Notes: generated by a model from the letters alone, not told the origin. A DNA stretch of 63,956 bases, filler included, from Rhabdomonas costata (GCA_019059605.1; 58 parts of 58 records of this genome joined end to end with filler, not necessarily neighbours in it), one strand, 5' to 3'; numbered from the whole stretch's first letter, positions 1 to 13,399 are shown. Numbers and translations are program-made.

Positions 1-1005
1 TGTGTTTTGTCGCGTTAATGCATTTTGAAAGTGAGTTTTTGAACTGTGGCCAGTAAATTGAACAACATCGTTAAATTATTTGCCTCAAACGGCTTCACTC
101 TTCACACAACGCTGTTGTGTATCTTTGTCTCAGGAGCACGGGGGAGCACTTGCGGCGGCCTACGTGGAGAGGAAAGCCAAAGAATCACCTTCGGAGTTCT
201 TTCCTGATGCTGAATCCCTGGTATGACATTTTCAGTTGCCCCTCCCCAACAGTGCGGCTTGGGAGGAGCCACCCCAGTTTGTGATCGTCAAGTTACTTTT
301 TGCTTTCATCATTGCCTTTGAGGAGCCGTTTCGTCTGCCTTGGAGAATTTTGTTGGCATTTTGTTCAGGTGGTATCTGGGGCAGTGACGAAGACGGACGA
401 AAACGCTGCGGAGCGAGTGGTGGAGGAGCTTGCGACGACGTATGTTCTTCTTGACGAAACCCTTTTCAACCTTTCACCTTGGGTGGTTGATCCTGTACTG
501 TGCTCCAGGAAACAACTTTGAGGTGGGGATTAGAAGTTGGAAAATTGCCATGGTTTCTTTCCAAACACTTCACTTTTTCACAGCGTGTTCACAATTTTTT
601 TTCCGAAGCGTTTTTGGGGGTGGGGGGTTAAGCGGCGTGAGCCCTCTAATACACAAATGCCGAAGAAAGCACCCATTATAAAACTTGCAGTATCAAACCG
701 TCGTTCAACAACCCCCCCCCCCAAAAAAAAATGCACCGGAGCTGGCGGTAAGGGCTGGCGGTCCCATGACTCAAAGCGAAGCGTTAAAAAATAAAAAATA
801 GAAAATCCCTGGTGGACGTTCGGGTTGAAATCGGTTTTGCGGAAAGTACTTTGGAATTTTTCTTGTGTGCTGAAGGCTACGCTGGTACCTAGTGTCAAAT
901 ATCGGAAGTTTCCTTCGGAAACTTCCGTTTCTCGCCCGCCCAGGAGAAGACCAGAAGCACACAAATTTTCTGGTACTTTCATAACTCATTTTGCCGTGTT
1001 CGAAA

Positions 1006-1105
1006 NNNNNNNNNNNNNNNNNNNNNNNNNNNNNNNNNNNNNNNNNNNNTTAATTAATTAANNNNNNNNNNNNNNNNNNNNNNNNNNNNNNNNNNNNNNN
1101 NNNNN
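1006..1105. other. Artificial contig-joining linker (first of 57 copies, spaced ~1104-1105 nt apart up to 62853-62952)
   Basis: 44 N + TTAATTAATTAA + 44 N recurs at a nearly fixed period. The 12-mer places stop codons in all six frames. ORF-track entries ending in XXX..LIN or XXX..N are linker artefacts. Confidence 0.98.
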
Positions 1106-2814
1106 ACGACCACTAGGAAATGGGTCTCGTGGTCAGGTATGACCGCAGGTATTCCCGCATCTGGCGTCTTGGCGTCACCCTTGCGTCCTAAATGCGTTGG
1201 GTGGTTGGAGGCCGGTGAGTGGGGACGTATGCATCATCATCTTGGGGTCCTTACACCCCCGGGCTGGTGGTTCTAAGCGTCCCAATAGGCAAGGGGGTAT
1301 CGGGGAGCAGGAAGGTGCGTAGGTATCGGGTATCTGCCTGAGGTTGTTGGGCGGTGCGTAGGTGGTAAGGGTTGGGGGCGGTCCTGACGTCAAGCTGGGT
1401 CCTGGGTCATAAGTAAAAATATCTTGGCTGGGTGGCTGGCTTGGTTGCCGAGTCGTTGCCGTTCGCCTTCCCGGCGCGGCTTTTTGCACTTTGGGCCTTG
1501 CGTGCTCGCATTGTTTGGGGTACAAATTTCCGCGTTCTTTTTGTTTTCCGTGCTCTGGGTGCCCTTTAGCGGGCTTCGGCCAACCTCTTCTTCCAAAACA
1601 AAAAATAAGGACTTTTCCAGCCCGTGTTCGTGTGTCCGTGCTGTGGCCACGTGCGTAAACTGTTGCTTTTTTTTAGGAAGGGAACTCTGGTTCTGGTCCG
1701 TGTCTGCAAAGCCCTGCAAAGCAATGAAAGCGCAAAACCAGTGCCCCCTAGAGGCGCGGTGGGGACGGTTGGGTATGCGTTTGCGATGGTCACATTTTAA
1801 TTATCGGATTGAAAACTTTTGGTTTCAGCCACGAAAAATCACGAACGTAGTTTGTGTGTGAATGTGTGTATTTGCTTAGATCGGTTACAAGACTCGTGTT
1901 TCACTTCAGGTTCTGCCTCTTTTCCTGAATAATAAGGGATGCCTTTCATGACTTTCCTGATGTCTTTCCGAGAATTCTCCCTCGTCCCCCAACTGACTCC
2001 AACTCAAGAATAGATAGCGAGCGGGTCTCAACAAAGTGAAACACGGCTGTCAATGTCACAAACAGCGATGGAGAACATGTGAAAGCAAGTTCGATAGGAA
2101 CAACCACCCCNNNNNNNNNNNNNNNNNNNNNNNNNNNNNNNNNNNNNNNNNNNNTTAATTAATTAANNNNNNNNNNNNNNNNNNNNNNNNNNNNNNNNNN
2201 NNNNNNNNNNATTCCAACCCAGAAACAATTTCACTATTATGTGTATGCTTTCCTGCTAGCGCGCGCTATGCTTCTGTGCATTGTATTTTTCTCTTTCTGC
2301 GCAACCACTATCAATTTCTGAAGTAAAAGGCAGGAAACTCTCACAAACATGCACAAACAATTTCCTGTCCCTGTGCACGGAGACGGAGTAGTATCACAAA
2401 AGAACGAGGATAACGTGCAAGCAACGAGAAGGACTGGCAGCTAGAAGCGAATGTAGACAAGCGCAAAGCAAAGAGTATCCCACTATCCCACAAAAAGCTC
2501 ATGTTTGATGGTTGTTTTTAGACATTCCGTGAACCCATCATTGGGGTGGCGTATCCCTCCGGGTCGCTTTTTTTCATCTTTTGTTCTCGCCATTGCTAAG
2601 CAGTGCTAAGGGCGAGAGTACCCTTGTCGAGCAAGCCCAATAAATATTCGATATTCAAATTCAAACATTTCACACCGCACCAAACATGCGCGAGAACGAA
2701 AATCGGTGTACACCGGAAGAGCTGGCAAATATAAAGCAGCTAGATCTCGCGCTTGTACAGCACGGCGCCCCTTCTCCCTGAGTGAAGTGACCACAAGACC
2801 GTGGCTCAGTGCTA

Positions 2815-3156
2815 TTCATTCAAAAAGCCGCAGTGTCCCATCGGAAAATGCAAGAACCTTGGGCTCAAATAGCAGCAGAGCTGTAATGCAATTACCAAGC
2901 TTTGTAACTTGAACGGCGTCCTCAACAGCAAGAAGCTCCGAGCTCTGTGCTCGGGAAAAAGGGAAGGCTGCACATAATTAAAAGGTGAGAACAACAGCAG
3001 TTAAAACGATGGGTAAGCACCTCAACACCAAATAAAAAAATCTGCACATACCCCACACGTCTCCCTGATTGTTCCCAGCCAAAAGCCAACGTTTGTGCAA
3101 CGTCGCCCGACGCAATCCGAAAGCAGCAACAAAGAGGGGATCCGCCTCCTCGTCAC
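2815..3156 (-). CDS. C-terminal exons of a probable WD40-repeat protein
   Basis: Putative exons read DEEADPLFVAAFGLRRATLHKRWLLAGNNQGDVW (GT donor) and SSELLAVEDAVQVTKLGNCITALLLFEPKVLAFSDGTLRLFE* (TGA). SDGTLRLF and GNNQGDVW are WD40-like. Boundaries are approximate. Confidence 0.35.
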
Positions 3157-5714
3157 TGCGAGAAAACGAAGAGTATGTTTTGGTCTCTGGCAAGTTGAAT
3201 TTATGGCCAAAAAAAANNNNNNNNNNNNNNNNNNNNNNNNNNNNNNNNNNNNNNNNNNNNTTAATTAATTAANNNNNNNNNNNNNNNNNNNNNNNNNNNN
3301 NNNNNNNNNNNNNNNNGTTTTCCATTGTGTCAACATCACAAAACGTATTTCAAGCATGCACCACACCCCGACAAGGGTTTCTCGCCCCAGTGTTGGGCGC
3401 CGGGTGGGGGAGGACACAGAGTTTCTTTCGCGCGTTTTTGTACATAACCCTGGGACACGTGGGGCAAGCGGAGGGTCTTGGCCTGTAGTCTGGTGAGCCG
3501 GCACCCCACGTCTAACAGCAGAGCTATAGGACCCTGCGTGCAAGCACCCAGGCTGCGCGCGACTTAGGTTAGGGGCAGCTTTTCTTTTCTTTCCATCATC
3601 GCTCTCCTTCACTTGTGTGTTTGTTTTCTGTCTTAACATCGCACAAACATACACAAACACGAACAAACAGACACAACTGTCCCTAAGTCAAAGAACAAGG
3701 CATCATAAGGATTTCCGTCTGCTTCAGCAGCGGGTACTGGCAGTTACAGCTCCGGGAGGAAAAAGTGCAACTTGGGCTCAAAAAAGGGTCCAAAGTGCAA
3801 TGCATGTAAGCGGAGAGGTTGAAAATGCAAAAAAAAAAAAACAGTGAAATTTGACAGGTTGCCTTTTTTCCAGCCCTGCCGGCGCAAATCTCTGTTCTTT
3901 CTGAAAAACTGTTGTTATTTCGTTTCGCTTCCAGACAATACTGTAACATGCCACCGATGAGCATTGCCGTTTTTTCCCAAAACAAGAAATCACGAAGGCT
4001 TACCCTGAAGACCCCCCCAAAAAAGCTTACTACTCTGTGGGGAATTTGTGACTGGCTCACCACTTATCGCAATGCAAACCGCGCTCTCTTTGGCTGCCCA
4101 GGACTGGGCTTCGGGTGGCCTTGCGGGGGGTGCCCACTGGGGTGGTGGAGCGCTTCTTCTGCCGCGCGTCCACGCTGCAGGTGTAGGCCTGCTCCATCTC
4201 CCGAAGCTCCCGAAGCACCTCGGCCCGCTCCCTGGAGGACACCAGCTTGCGCTGCAACAGAAAATCCTGTCCAGGGAAAAAATGGGGGGGGGGGATGTTA
4301 ATGAACGAGGCCCAACAAAAANNNNNNNNNNNNNNNNNNNNNNNNNNNNNNNNNNNNNNNNNNNNTTAATTAATTAANNNNNNNNNNNNNNNNNNNNNNN
4401 NNNNNNNNNNNNNNNNNNNNNTCCAGGGCGCTTCACTTTCCTCGATATCATTGGATCTTACGTGGTGGGTTGGAGGCGGTGAGTGCGCAAGCGTTTCTGG
4501 TCACAGCTACTTTTCAAAACGGGGATATGCATCAGCCGCATCGCTTTCGGTACCGTGAAGATGGCCTTTGACTCCATTTATCTGTCACAGCTTGGTACTG
4601 GAGCACAAGAAACAGGCAAGATACCAACCAGTGCTGCGTGAAAACGTCATCAGGGTTTCTCACACCAAAATGTCCTTGCAGACTACATATAATCGAGTTC
4701 TAATCCTACAAGTTGGGATCGAGTCACCAGTGTGGTGTGTACGCGGATGCTAAAAGAGGATTAACACAGTGGGACGGGGGCGGGCGGGAGAGATTGAGCC
4801 ACAGCGACCGCTCCAAAGAAAACAACGGTGTCCGCGGGCCGGTGGAAAGGTGAACATCCAACACACTTCTGCTCGAAAATGTTTAGCACATCGCGCTCCA
4901 GGTCAGGGTCAGGGATAATCACGCTGAGGATCTTCACCACGTCCGCCTCCACGTCCTGCATGAAAGGCAAGGCAAGGTGCAGGACTCGCGCTCACCCTCA
5001 AACAGAAGTCCTACCAGTAGCAGCCCAGACCACCTGCTGTCTTCTCCCACAATTTTCCACATCATCAATAATCGATGTCTACCATGTATTGGAGTTCCCG
5101 TAAAGCTCATGGACATGGTATCCATAAATGTATTGTTGGCCCTACACTGGTTCGTAATACGTAGTGAAAACTTGCAAAAAAGAAACTTTTTCGCAAAAAT
5201 CCATATACGAGCCACCATGCGGCGGGGTACTGAAGGTGGGTAGGTGACGCCCGCTAAAGATCATATGCCTGAGACGTGAGCAGGCCAGAGAATGCCGAAA
5301 AAAGACTGGAGACCGGCTGACGTCACTGGGATGGGCGCCGCCGGAAGGACCCCCAGAGCAACAAACACAGCTACCAAAGAAGTATCACAAGCAATATAAT
5401 CCGCTCAACAGTCACCACCCCCCCACNNNNNNNNNNNNNNNNNNNNNNNNNNNNNNNNNNNNNNNNNNNNTTAATTAATTAANNNNNNNNNNNNNNNNNN
5501 NNNNNNNNNNNNNNNNNNNNNNNNNNCACGTCAGGTCAACAGTGAGAACTCAGTCAAAGCCCCAAAACATGCACGGCTGTTAGGCTGTTAGGCTATTAGG
5601 CTGTTAGGGGGGTGCACATACCGGTATAACTGAAAACCATGCAACCAACCGCATCAGTACTAGGCGCATATGCCTCATGAAGAAGAAGGAGGCGGAAAGT
5701 CACCTCTTACTCAC

Positions 5715-6170
5715 CTGCTTCAGCAGTAGAACAGCCGAGCACTGGTCAAACTCGGAGTCCATTGGATTCTGACTGGCTTCGCAGACCTTCATCCGGAACT
5801 TGAACTGGGGAAGACAGAGGACGACGTCAGATGACAAAAAGGGCCAACAGCACCCAGATGAACGCATACGCTCCAGTCTTGGGTTCACCGACATGCAACA
5901 GGCTGGAGCAAGTCCGCCAAATGAACTTATGCGGCAATAGATACATCAACGCTGATTTGAAAGAAAAACCCACTTGCGAAAGAAAAGCGGAAGACGTATA
6001 CTGCCAGCTCACCATTTTCTTTTTTGCGCAAGGCCTACGCATATGTGCACAGCCGTGCGCCCACACACCGCTTCGACAGGCTGCCCCTTGATCGTGCGCA
6101 CGTCGCGAACGAAGGGGTGCTGGAGGACGTCTACGAGGGTCGGCCGCTTCTTCATGTCCTTGTCCAAAAG
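5715..6170 (-). CDS. Ser/Thr protein kinase fragment (subdomain XI plus a downstream exon)
   Basis: Exon 6170-6069 reads LLDKDMKKRPTLVDVLQHPFV, the typical kinase C-terminal R-P-T..L.HPF motif. Exon 5804-5715 follows. Both exons have AG/GT borders. Confidence 0.6.
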
Positions 6171-6851
6171 CTGGACACATGCCACGTGGCGAGAGCAAGG
6201 GATATGCTTGTGCATTTTTCGCGTCCCGGTATGTATCGGTGCGTACAAGAAATGAGGTCATGAGCGTCTCAACAGCTGAGAGATAAAAAACTCACTCAAA
6301 CGAGTTTCAAAACTTCCCCAAGTGCGTATCACGTTCCCATTTCTCTTCTGCAGACTTTCTTTCTTCTCCAACTTCTTCAACAGGTCTTTGTTAGGTCTAT
6401 TGGTTGGATTGTTCTTCTTGCGCTTTGCTGCACAACTTCTGTCCCACCCCTTCGCTACTTGTTTCTTTTACAGGCGGGCAAATGAGGTGGGACAGAAGTT
6501 GTGCAGCAAAGCGCAAGAAGAACAACCCAACNNNNNNNNNNNNNNNNNNNNNNNNNNNNNNNNNNNNNNNNNNNNTTAATTAATTAANNNNNNNNNNNNN
6601 NNNNNNNNNNNNNNNNNNNNNNNNNNNNNNNGGTTGGGGTGCATTTTTTGTTTCCCAAGCAATTACAGGTGCAAGTTGGATGTAACGTTCCCGGTGCCCC
6701 CTCCTGACGCCAAACTTTATTTTGCTCCCCCCAAGACAGTAGCATATGCCGCAATCGAGTGTCCAGCTTTTTGAGCAGGCAATGCAAATGCGAAGAAATT
6801 TGGTTCTTTGGATCTGTTTCGAATCTCCAGTGTATCAACGCTTTTGTGCAG

Positions 6852-7016
6852 GTTCATAACACAAGTGCTGAGGTCTCCCGGTCGCGGAAGATGATCACCA
6901 TTTTGAACCGTCGTGTGCTCACTGATAAACTCTTTCTCGTCATTATCATAGTTGCGCTGGTTGCAGCTATCTTAGTTGTCATTTACTATCGATGGATCAA
7001 GCCGCTGTTTGCGTAG
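6852..7016 (+). CDS. VTI1: Last exon of a Qb-SNARE (Vti1-like)
   Basis: After the TGCAG acceptor: VHNTSAEVSRSRKMITILNRRVLTDKLFLVIIIVALVAAILVVIYYRWIKPLFA*. This is the end of a SNARE helix (SRK.l..m.RR...nK) followed by a C-terminal TM anchor. Confidence 0.7.
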   Translation, partial: VHNTSAEVSRSRKMITILNRRVLTDKLFLVIIIVALVAAILVVIYYRWIKPLFA

Positions 7017-9407
7017 CTTGCGGCTTGTTGCTGAATCCCAGCTGGGATTGTACTGCTTGCATTGTAACTGACTCCGCTGTTTTGTAAAGTGCACAGGTGG
7101 CTTTCTTGTACGTGCGTTGACTTGCCCACAAATTTCATTTTTGTGTTTGCAACGAACAAGGTTTGGTTCTGAAAAGGAGGAAGGGGGCTTCCATTTCGTC
7201 TTCGACTGTAGTGATTTTTTCATTTAACAGTTTGCGCCCAGGCTGTTCAGTGGAATTTGGCTGATTCAGCACTGCACTGGGTTCAGAAAGAAAAATAAGT
7301 GGCTGAACAGAAAGCTGCCACTCACCACAGAAGCTGTGCCAAAGATATCCATTGTCCGGCCTCCAGTGTGTAGGTTCCTTTTGCTTTGGACTAGTTCGAC
7401 GAGCCGCGTAACCGGAGGAAGCCCCGATTTTTCTGGGTAAGGCGCCGTTTGCCCAGTCCAGGGGTGAACCGAGGTTCGGCGAGGCATCGTTCGCCAAGCC
7501 GCGGGATACCAGTTCTGTCGGAATAACCCCCGGCACCAGCGGTGTAAATAAAAGCGGTGAAATTGCCAAAGTCCCCCCACTGTTGTCGCAGGTTTTTTTT
7601 TGAGACGAGCCAAGCGCTACCCGCCCGTTCGTTGGCNNNNNNNNNNNNNNNNNNNNNNNNNNNNNNNNNNNNNNNNNNNNTTAATTAATTAANNNNNNNN
7701 NNNNNNNNNNNNNNNNNNNNNNNNNNNNNNNNNNNNGTGGGGGTGGTTTTGCGCAGCTTTTTGCTCCCGCTTTCGTGCTTTATTCTTTGTTTTCCTCTGC
7801 CGGAACAGACAATGGTACGTATTGCGCATTTTCGTACCCTTGTTTTTTGGTTGCTGTTTCCTCTCAAGTGCCCACGCGAGCCGAAACAAAGTGGGACCTC
7901 GTCAGTAGAAACAAAACAGACAAAACCTGCACGTCGTTTGTGTTCTGACAACGCATCTCTCTGGATTTCTTCATGCACACATTTTTTATATGAGGTCTGT
8001 GTGTGGGAGGGGGCGGTGAAATGCCATCATCACAAACCGCAAGTACCCACTAGTACCCGCAAGTACCCGCACACACACATACTTACACGCATACACTTCA
8101 AATGCCATATCCGCAGTACTGAGTCTCTAAGAACAAAGTGGACTTTTGCTTTGCTCTTTTGCTACAGAACGAAACGGCTGTTTGATAGGTTGTGCGGGTT
8201 CTTGCACGTTTTCTGCATCCCCTTTGCCATACTTTACATCCACACATGTTTCAGCAGTACACGTTCTCCAAGTCCTGCAGCTTTTCGGACACAGCCACGG
8301 ACGACTCTCTTGGAAATGAACAAGGAAAGGTGCTGCTAACCCTTTATATTGGATGGGAATGGAATGGTGCAACGCCTTTTCTTTCTCGATGGGCGTTCTC
8401 CTATTAGTTGGCGCTGAGTTTGATTTCTGAGTGCACGAACCCTTGGCGGGTCTGGTGCCTTTTTTTCTTGATCGCTGTGGGGTGATATCCTGCCGTATGG
8501 TGAACCGTTCACACTGAACAGGGCAAGCTTTTCGGGATTTGGCAAGGGAAGCTTTTTCCAAGTCGCCAGCAACCCGAACATTTGTGCGCGTTTGTGTGCG
8601 TGCGCGAAGAGGGAGAGGAATGGGCGTGCCTGTGCAGCTCTTTCTGCGGGTGTGCTTCGTGGATGCCGATGAGGTGCTGCGGCAGCACGAGGGGGGCCGC
8701 CCCGCGAGGTACCGCAAGGGCGATGAGGGTGCACTTCGTGGNNNNNNNNNNNNNNNNNNNNNNNNNNNNNNNNNNNNNNNNNNNNTTAATTAATTAANNN
8801 NNNNNNNNNNNNNNNNNNNNNNNNNNNNNNNNNNNNNNNNNGTGGGGTGTGGTCAAGGGCTCCCTGAGTGGCTTTATGGAGCGAAACATGGCGTTGTCGT
8901 AATTGTCATCGCCTCGACAGTCAGGAGCCAGGAGCCAGGAGGCTACTGATAGTTGGCGTACTCGTCAGCCACCGCAGAGTCAGCAGCCTGACGAGCGTCC
9001 CGGGTACAGATCCTGCACCCGGTGTGGGGGTCCGGATCTTCGAACAGCAGGGTTCGGTCACCGCCTTCAGGGCTGCATGAAACGGCGCTGCCTGGCCTCA
9101 CTCCCCGGCGAGGCCTCCATCGAGGAAGGAACCTGCTCCTGGGGGGGGTGGCGGTTGCTCGGCATCCTCCTCCTCCACTGAGGGAGTGACGAGATCGTCA
9201 GAGTCGGAGTCAGGCTCGTCGACAGACATGTCGCTGGTAATGCACAAGACTCACAACGGCGTGCATCCGCTTTTGCGCTGCACAAGGGGTAGCAGTAATC
9301 CTCGTCGCGCAGCGGCACACCCAAAACCCAGCGGATGGCCTGCCGTGCTTCTGAGTCTTAGAACTTCAAGAGAAACCCCAGAGAAAAGAAAAGAAAGAAA
9401 ATATAAC

Positions 9408-9679
9408 CTCGACCCGAGTCATTCCGAAGGGTTCCGGGTGGCCCATTGCCGCCCTCAAGGCCCCATACTTCGTGGACACTTCCCCGTTCGCAAACTCTAG
9501 GGCGTCCAGGGCATCCTGCGTCACCCATTCAAGGGTATCCTCTGAGTAATTCCCATTCATGACGTAGCCAGTAAAAATCGACATCTGCGGTGCGGAGCCC
9601 AGACGCTCGCACAAGATAAAGTACTCCAGCAGCCCCAGCCCATCGGTGGTCCAGTAGCCCCATGCATCACTGAAGTGCC
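9408..9679 (-). CDS. Alpha-L-arabinofuranosidase (GH51), internal exon
   Basis: GHFSDAWGYWTTDGLGLLEY...QDALDALEFANGEVSTKYGALRAAMGHPEPF matches conserved GH51 motifs (W.YWTDDGLG; RAAMGHPEPF). CAG acceptor and GT donor are present. Confidence 0.85.
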
Positions 9680-10341
9680 CTGCCAAAAATCAAATGCAGA
9701 AACAATCACTCATCACAGGTTCACACGATTCAAACCTTCACAGACACATGCATCTCCTATTGAAGGGAAACGCAGAATCACATCGTTTTCATTCCCAGAG
9801 ATTCATAATTCGGCAATGTAACAAAATCATACAACCCCAAAAAACANNNNNNNNNNNNNNNNNNNNNNNNNNNNNNNNNNNNNNNNNNNNTTAATTAATT
9901 AANNNNNNNNNNNNNNNNNNNNNNNNNNNNNNNNNNNNNNNNNNNNGGTGGTGGGGTGGTCGCACAACAAACAAAGGACTCTGACAACAGACGTGATCTA
10001 TCATCACTCCTGCAAACCAGATTGCGTCGCCTTTGGAAGAGCCCATTTATCAGGAGTTTGCGCGTGGTTTCAGAACAGTTTGACTGTGGTATCGTGACGC
10101 TACAAACGCTACAAAATTCCTTTAAATTTGCACCTTGCTAGCCCCCTGACGCCATAACAAAATCCACATTGTAGCCCAGTTTCCCTCATAACGGTCCTCC
10201 ACCAACTTGGAAATCTTTCCTCCTTGTCCCCCTTGATTTTGCTCTTAAACCAAAGAACTCATTTAGCTCCAGTACACGAGATTTGGGCCCTGATTGGATG
10301 CCTTGAGCAAACTGCCTGGCAACCTCGCGCAGTGACTTGCT

Positions 10342-10951
10342 GTGACTCCTACCGCGGACGGTGCCGTTACTGGCGGGTCATGCTGTCCTTGTTTGGAAAA
10401 CTACAGGAGACAGGTTCATCTGCTTGAGCTTGAGGTGAAGTATCTGAAGGACAAGCTCTCTGAGAAAAAAAGAGAAAAGAGAAGCGTTGTGGTTCACATA
10501 ACCCAGTGTGAGCAGCAGAGGTCACCGCAGGCACCCGCTCCAGCTGCCAGCGAATCAAATAGCGAATCCAGCATCGAAACACCCGTGAGAAGCCCAGGAC
10601 CTCTGGTTCCACTTTTGCCTTTGGGTCCCGACTACGTTGCTTCCGCTTCGCAGACAACTGGAAGAAGAGCTTCGGTAGGACCTCCTGTTTTCGCCCCCAA
10701 AGTTTCCACAACAGATGCTCAGACAAGTGCAAGAAGAGCTTCGGTTGGACCCCATTCTGTTTTTGCCCCCAAAGTTTCCACAACAGACGCGCAGACAAGT
10801 GCAAGAAAAAGGTCAATGTGCTGCGCCGAAACCAGTTGTGAAGACCACTTGCCGCTGCCGGCACTGGAGGTTAGCTCCGTGGGCACCACCACAACTCTTC
10901 CCATGACCACTTCCTCGGTTGCGCAGACAGAGCATTGTGGTCGGACTGTTC
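10342..10951 (+). CDS. Hypothetical low-complexity protein with a short coiled coil and an internal repeat (partial)
   Basis: Open frame to the contig end containing RRQVHLLELEVKYLKDKL and two RRASVGP..VFAPKVSTTDAQTSA units. Confidence 0.45.
10651..10810 (+). repeat. Coding tandem repeat, ~69-72 bp unit, ~2.2 copies
   Basis: CAGACAA.TG.AAGAAGAGCTTCGGT.GGACC...GCCCCCAAAGTTTCCACAACAGA is repeated in frame. Confidence 0.85.
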
Positions 10952-12190
10952 NNNNNNNNNNNNNNNNNNNNNNNNNNNNNNNNNNNNNNNNNNNNTTAAT
11001 TAATTAANNNNNNNNNNNNNNNNNNNNNNNNNNNNNNNNNNNNNNNNNNNNTTTGTGGTGTGGAAGCGCGTAGCGGTGAAACCAGCCATCATCAGAGAAA
11101 GGATGCGAATACCTGAGCATGCTGACTTTATCGCGAGTAACGGAAGCGCGTAGCGGTGGAGTGACTAACCATGCATCTAGCATGAAAGGAGATGCGCAGC
11201 ATCGACTGACCGACATCAAACATCTCACGTCAGAATTCCACGTTCGTCGAATGCATCCTCTCCTCTCACTAGTCACTCCACGACTCACGTCGGTCCGTTT
11301 CTCGTCTCCATAGTCGTAATGCATCACTCCTTTTTCTGTATGTCACTCCACCACCCTATGGTGCTTCCGTTCACCATTCCATCAGCATTAAGTTTCACTT
11401 CGCACTCTCACGTCCTATCGAGTGCTCCGTCCTGGCATAGCCACAGGAAGAAGAATACGTGTTCACTGAGAGGGTTCAACTTAGCACTGAAAGATGGATA
11501 AAAGGGTGGTTGAATTGTTGAAGGAACGAAGGATGTGTCACGACGAAGGAGGGGAGCCATCCGCAGCAGGAGGTGAAGAGTAAGGGCACCGCGGGTAGTA
11601 ATGTCAAGAGGATGATACCTGGTAAGAATTCCAAGAAGTTCATGCTGATACCCCACACTCTAACATCCTCAACTCACCACTTTACACAGGAAGTCCTCGA
11701 AACAATGACATCATCAACTCTGGAACACACATGCACTCAAGAAGCCGTGGAGACAAAAATACCAGCAACACAACTCAATGCCCCGGAAATCCACGCACTC
11801 ATGGAACCACCATCAGAAACAGCAACCGCTGACAAAGCACTTGAGACATAGACCGTAGGAACAGAGACCGTAATACAGGAAGGCCTTGATACAGAAACAG
11901 AGACAGAAGGCATCGACACAGACACAGAAGCAGGAACCCTCACACTCAGCTTGGCATCAGAAACATGGACAATCAACACACCAACGTCACTGAACCCCAC
12001 GCACCCTCCAACTCCAACTCCAGCGCTCTTCAACCCAGTGCCAGGAAAACCGTTACNNNNNNNNNNNNNNNNNNNNNNNNNNNNNNNNNNNNNNNNNNNN
12101 TTAATTAATTAANNNNNNNNNNNNNNNNNNNNNNNNNNNNNNNNNNNNNNNNNNNNGGTGGTGTTGCTACGCTATCTGTCGCGCTCGCGT

Positions 12191-12461
12191 CGAGCGCGAC
12201 AGATAGCGTAGCAACAGCAACCAATAGGGTGACGTACCATTTGTACGCCCGACTCCAGGTCAGAGCGTTTTCAGCATCATTCGGAAGCCACTCTACCAAG
12301 TACGGGTCCTCCTCCGTGCCGGAGCCCGCGTACTTGTGGTTCAAGAGCTCCTCGAACGGTGTTTCGTAGAGTTTCCATGGGAGCCTGAAAGTCCTGTGCG
12401 AACTCTGCGTGAGGGCTGCCATGGAGCCATTCGACTTGCCCGCTTCCAAGTCAGTTTGCAT
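12191..12461 (-). CDS. N-terminus of a fungal-type MFS (DHA1) multidrug transporter
   Basis: MQTDLEAGK...TPFEELLNHKYAGSGTEEDPYLVEWLPNDAENALTWSRAYKWYVTLLVAVATLSVAL contains the YxGSGTEEDPY.V.W..nD.eNP..W...KW motif typical of fungal DHA1 transporters. Confidence 0.8.
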
Positions 12462-13261
12462 TTTGAAAAAGGAGTGTAGAAAACAATGCTGGAACGCCGT
12501 AATGCAGAAAGAAAAATCCGAGAATACCATGCGATATGCAAGGTGCGGACGCATGACCAAACCCTCCGCAGGGCAAACCCAAAAAAGGTGCAAAAGGATT
12601 TCACATTAAATGCAGATGCATGCGTTATAGTTGCATTGATACTGTGGACAAATCCTATAGCAGAGAGCAGAGAACTTTCCACCTCACAAACACTACCCAC
12701 TGGCATAATGATCATGCAGGTTGACCATGCGTCGTCATCATGATTGGTTGAAGGTTGACCATCATGACAACCCATGACTATTCAGAATAAATGCTGCCCA
12801 TCCCTCGCAAGACAAAGCGCTGAAGTATTCAAATTATCGCATCCTCACGCCTTTTTGCTTCAAAAATTCTATGAGCGTCGTCGAATCAGATTCAGTGCAC
12901 AGCAAAGCCATTCCATCTCAGTGTTTCCAACCAAACGTGTTGCAAGTGATCTTGGTATACATCAATAAATGGGTATCCCTTTCCGAATGCTGAAAGTCGG
13001 GAGCCAACAACAAACAAAAATATGCGACCACAGAAGTATAGCGAGCGACAAGTGTAGGAAAGGAAGGGACTCCAGAAGTCTCCCAAACTCCTGCACATTT
13101 CGATGCCAAACCATCCCACAAGGACCCACGGTTTAGCAATCACAAAGCCACACAAAAAAAANNNNNNNNNNNNNNNNNNNNNNNNNNNNNNNNNNNNNNN
13201 NNNNNTTAATTAATTAANNNNNNNNNNNNNNNNNNNNNNNNNNNNNNNNNNNNNNNNNNNN

Positions 13262-13357
13262 GTTTTTGGGTCTTCCTCTTTTCTTTGGTTCTGCTGATTC
13301 TTCAGCACGTTCTTTTTCCTTTGTTTTATACATTGTTTCACCGCTTCGTGATGTCAT
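13262..13357 (-). CDS. Small ORF start (truncated by contig end) with an AT-hook-like motif; absent from the ORF track
   Basis: ATG at 13357 gives MTSRSGETMYKTKEKERAEESAEPKKRGRPKN. It is divergent from the ATPase. The last ~3 codons may be amplification-primer derived. Confidence 0.5.
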
Positions 13358-13399
13358 TTATAATTTAACGTGAGAAAAAATAATATAATATTATATTAA

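Noticed and set aside
6409-6525. Perfect 40-bp inverted repeat (possible MITE or structured intron)
   Set aside because: The right arm runs into the primer-like contig end and there is no TSD, so a fold-back chimera is more likely.
12162-12216. Perfect 26-bp-arm hairpin
   Set aside because: It sits at a contig end and duplicates MFS coding sequence. A natural quasi-palindrome (CGCGCTCG-CGT-CGAGCGCG, VALASSA codons) would seed fold-back during amplification.
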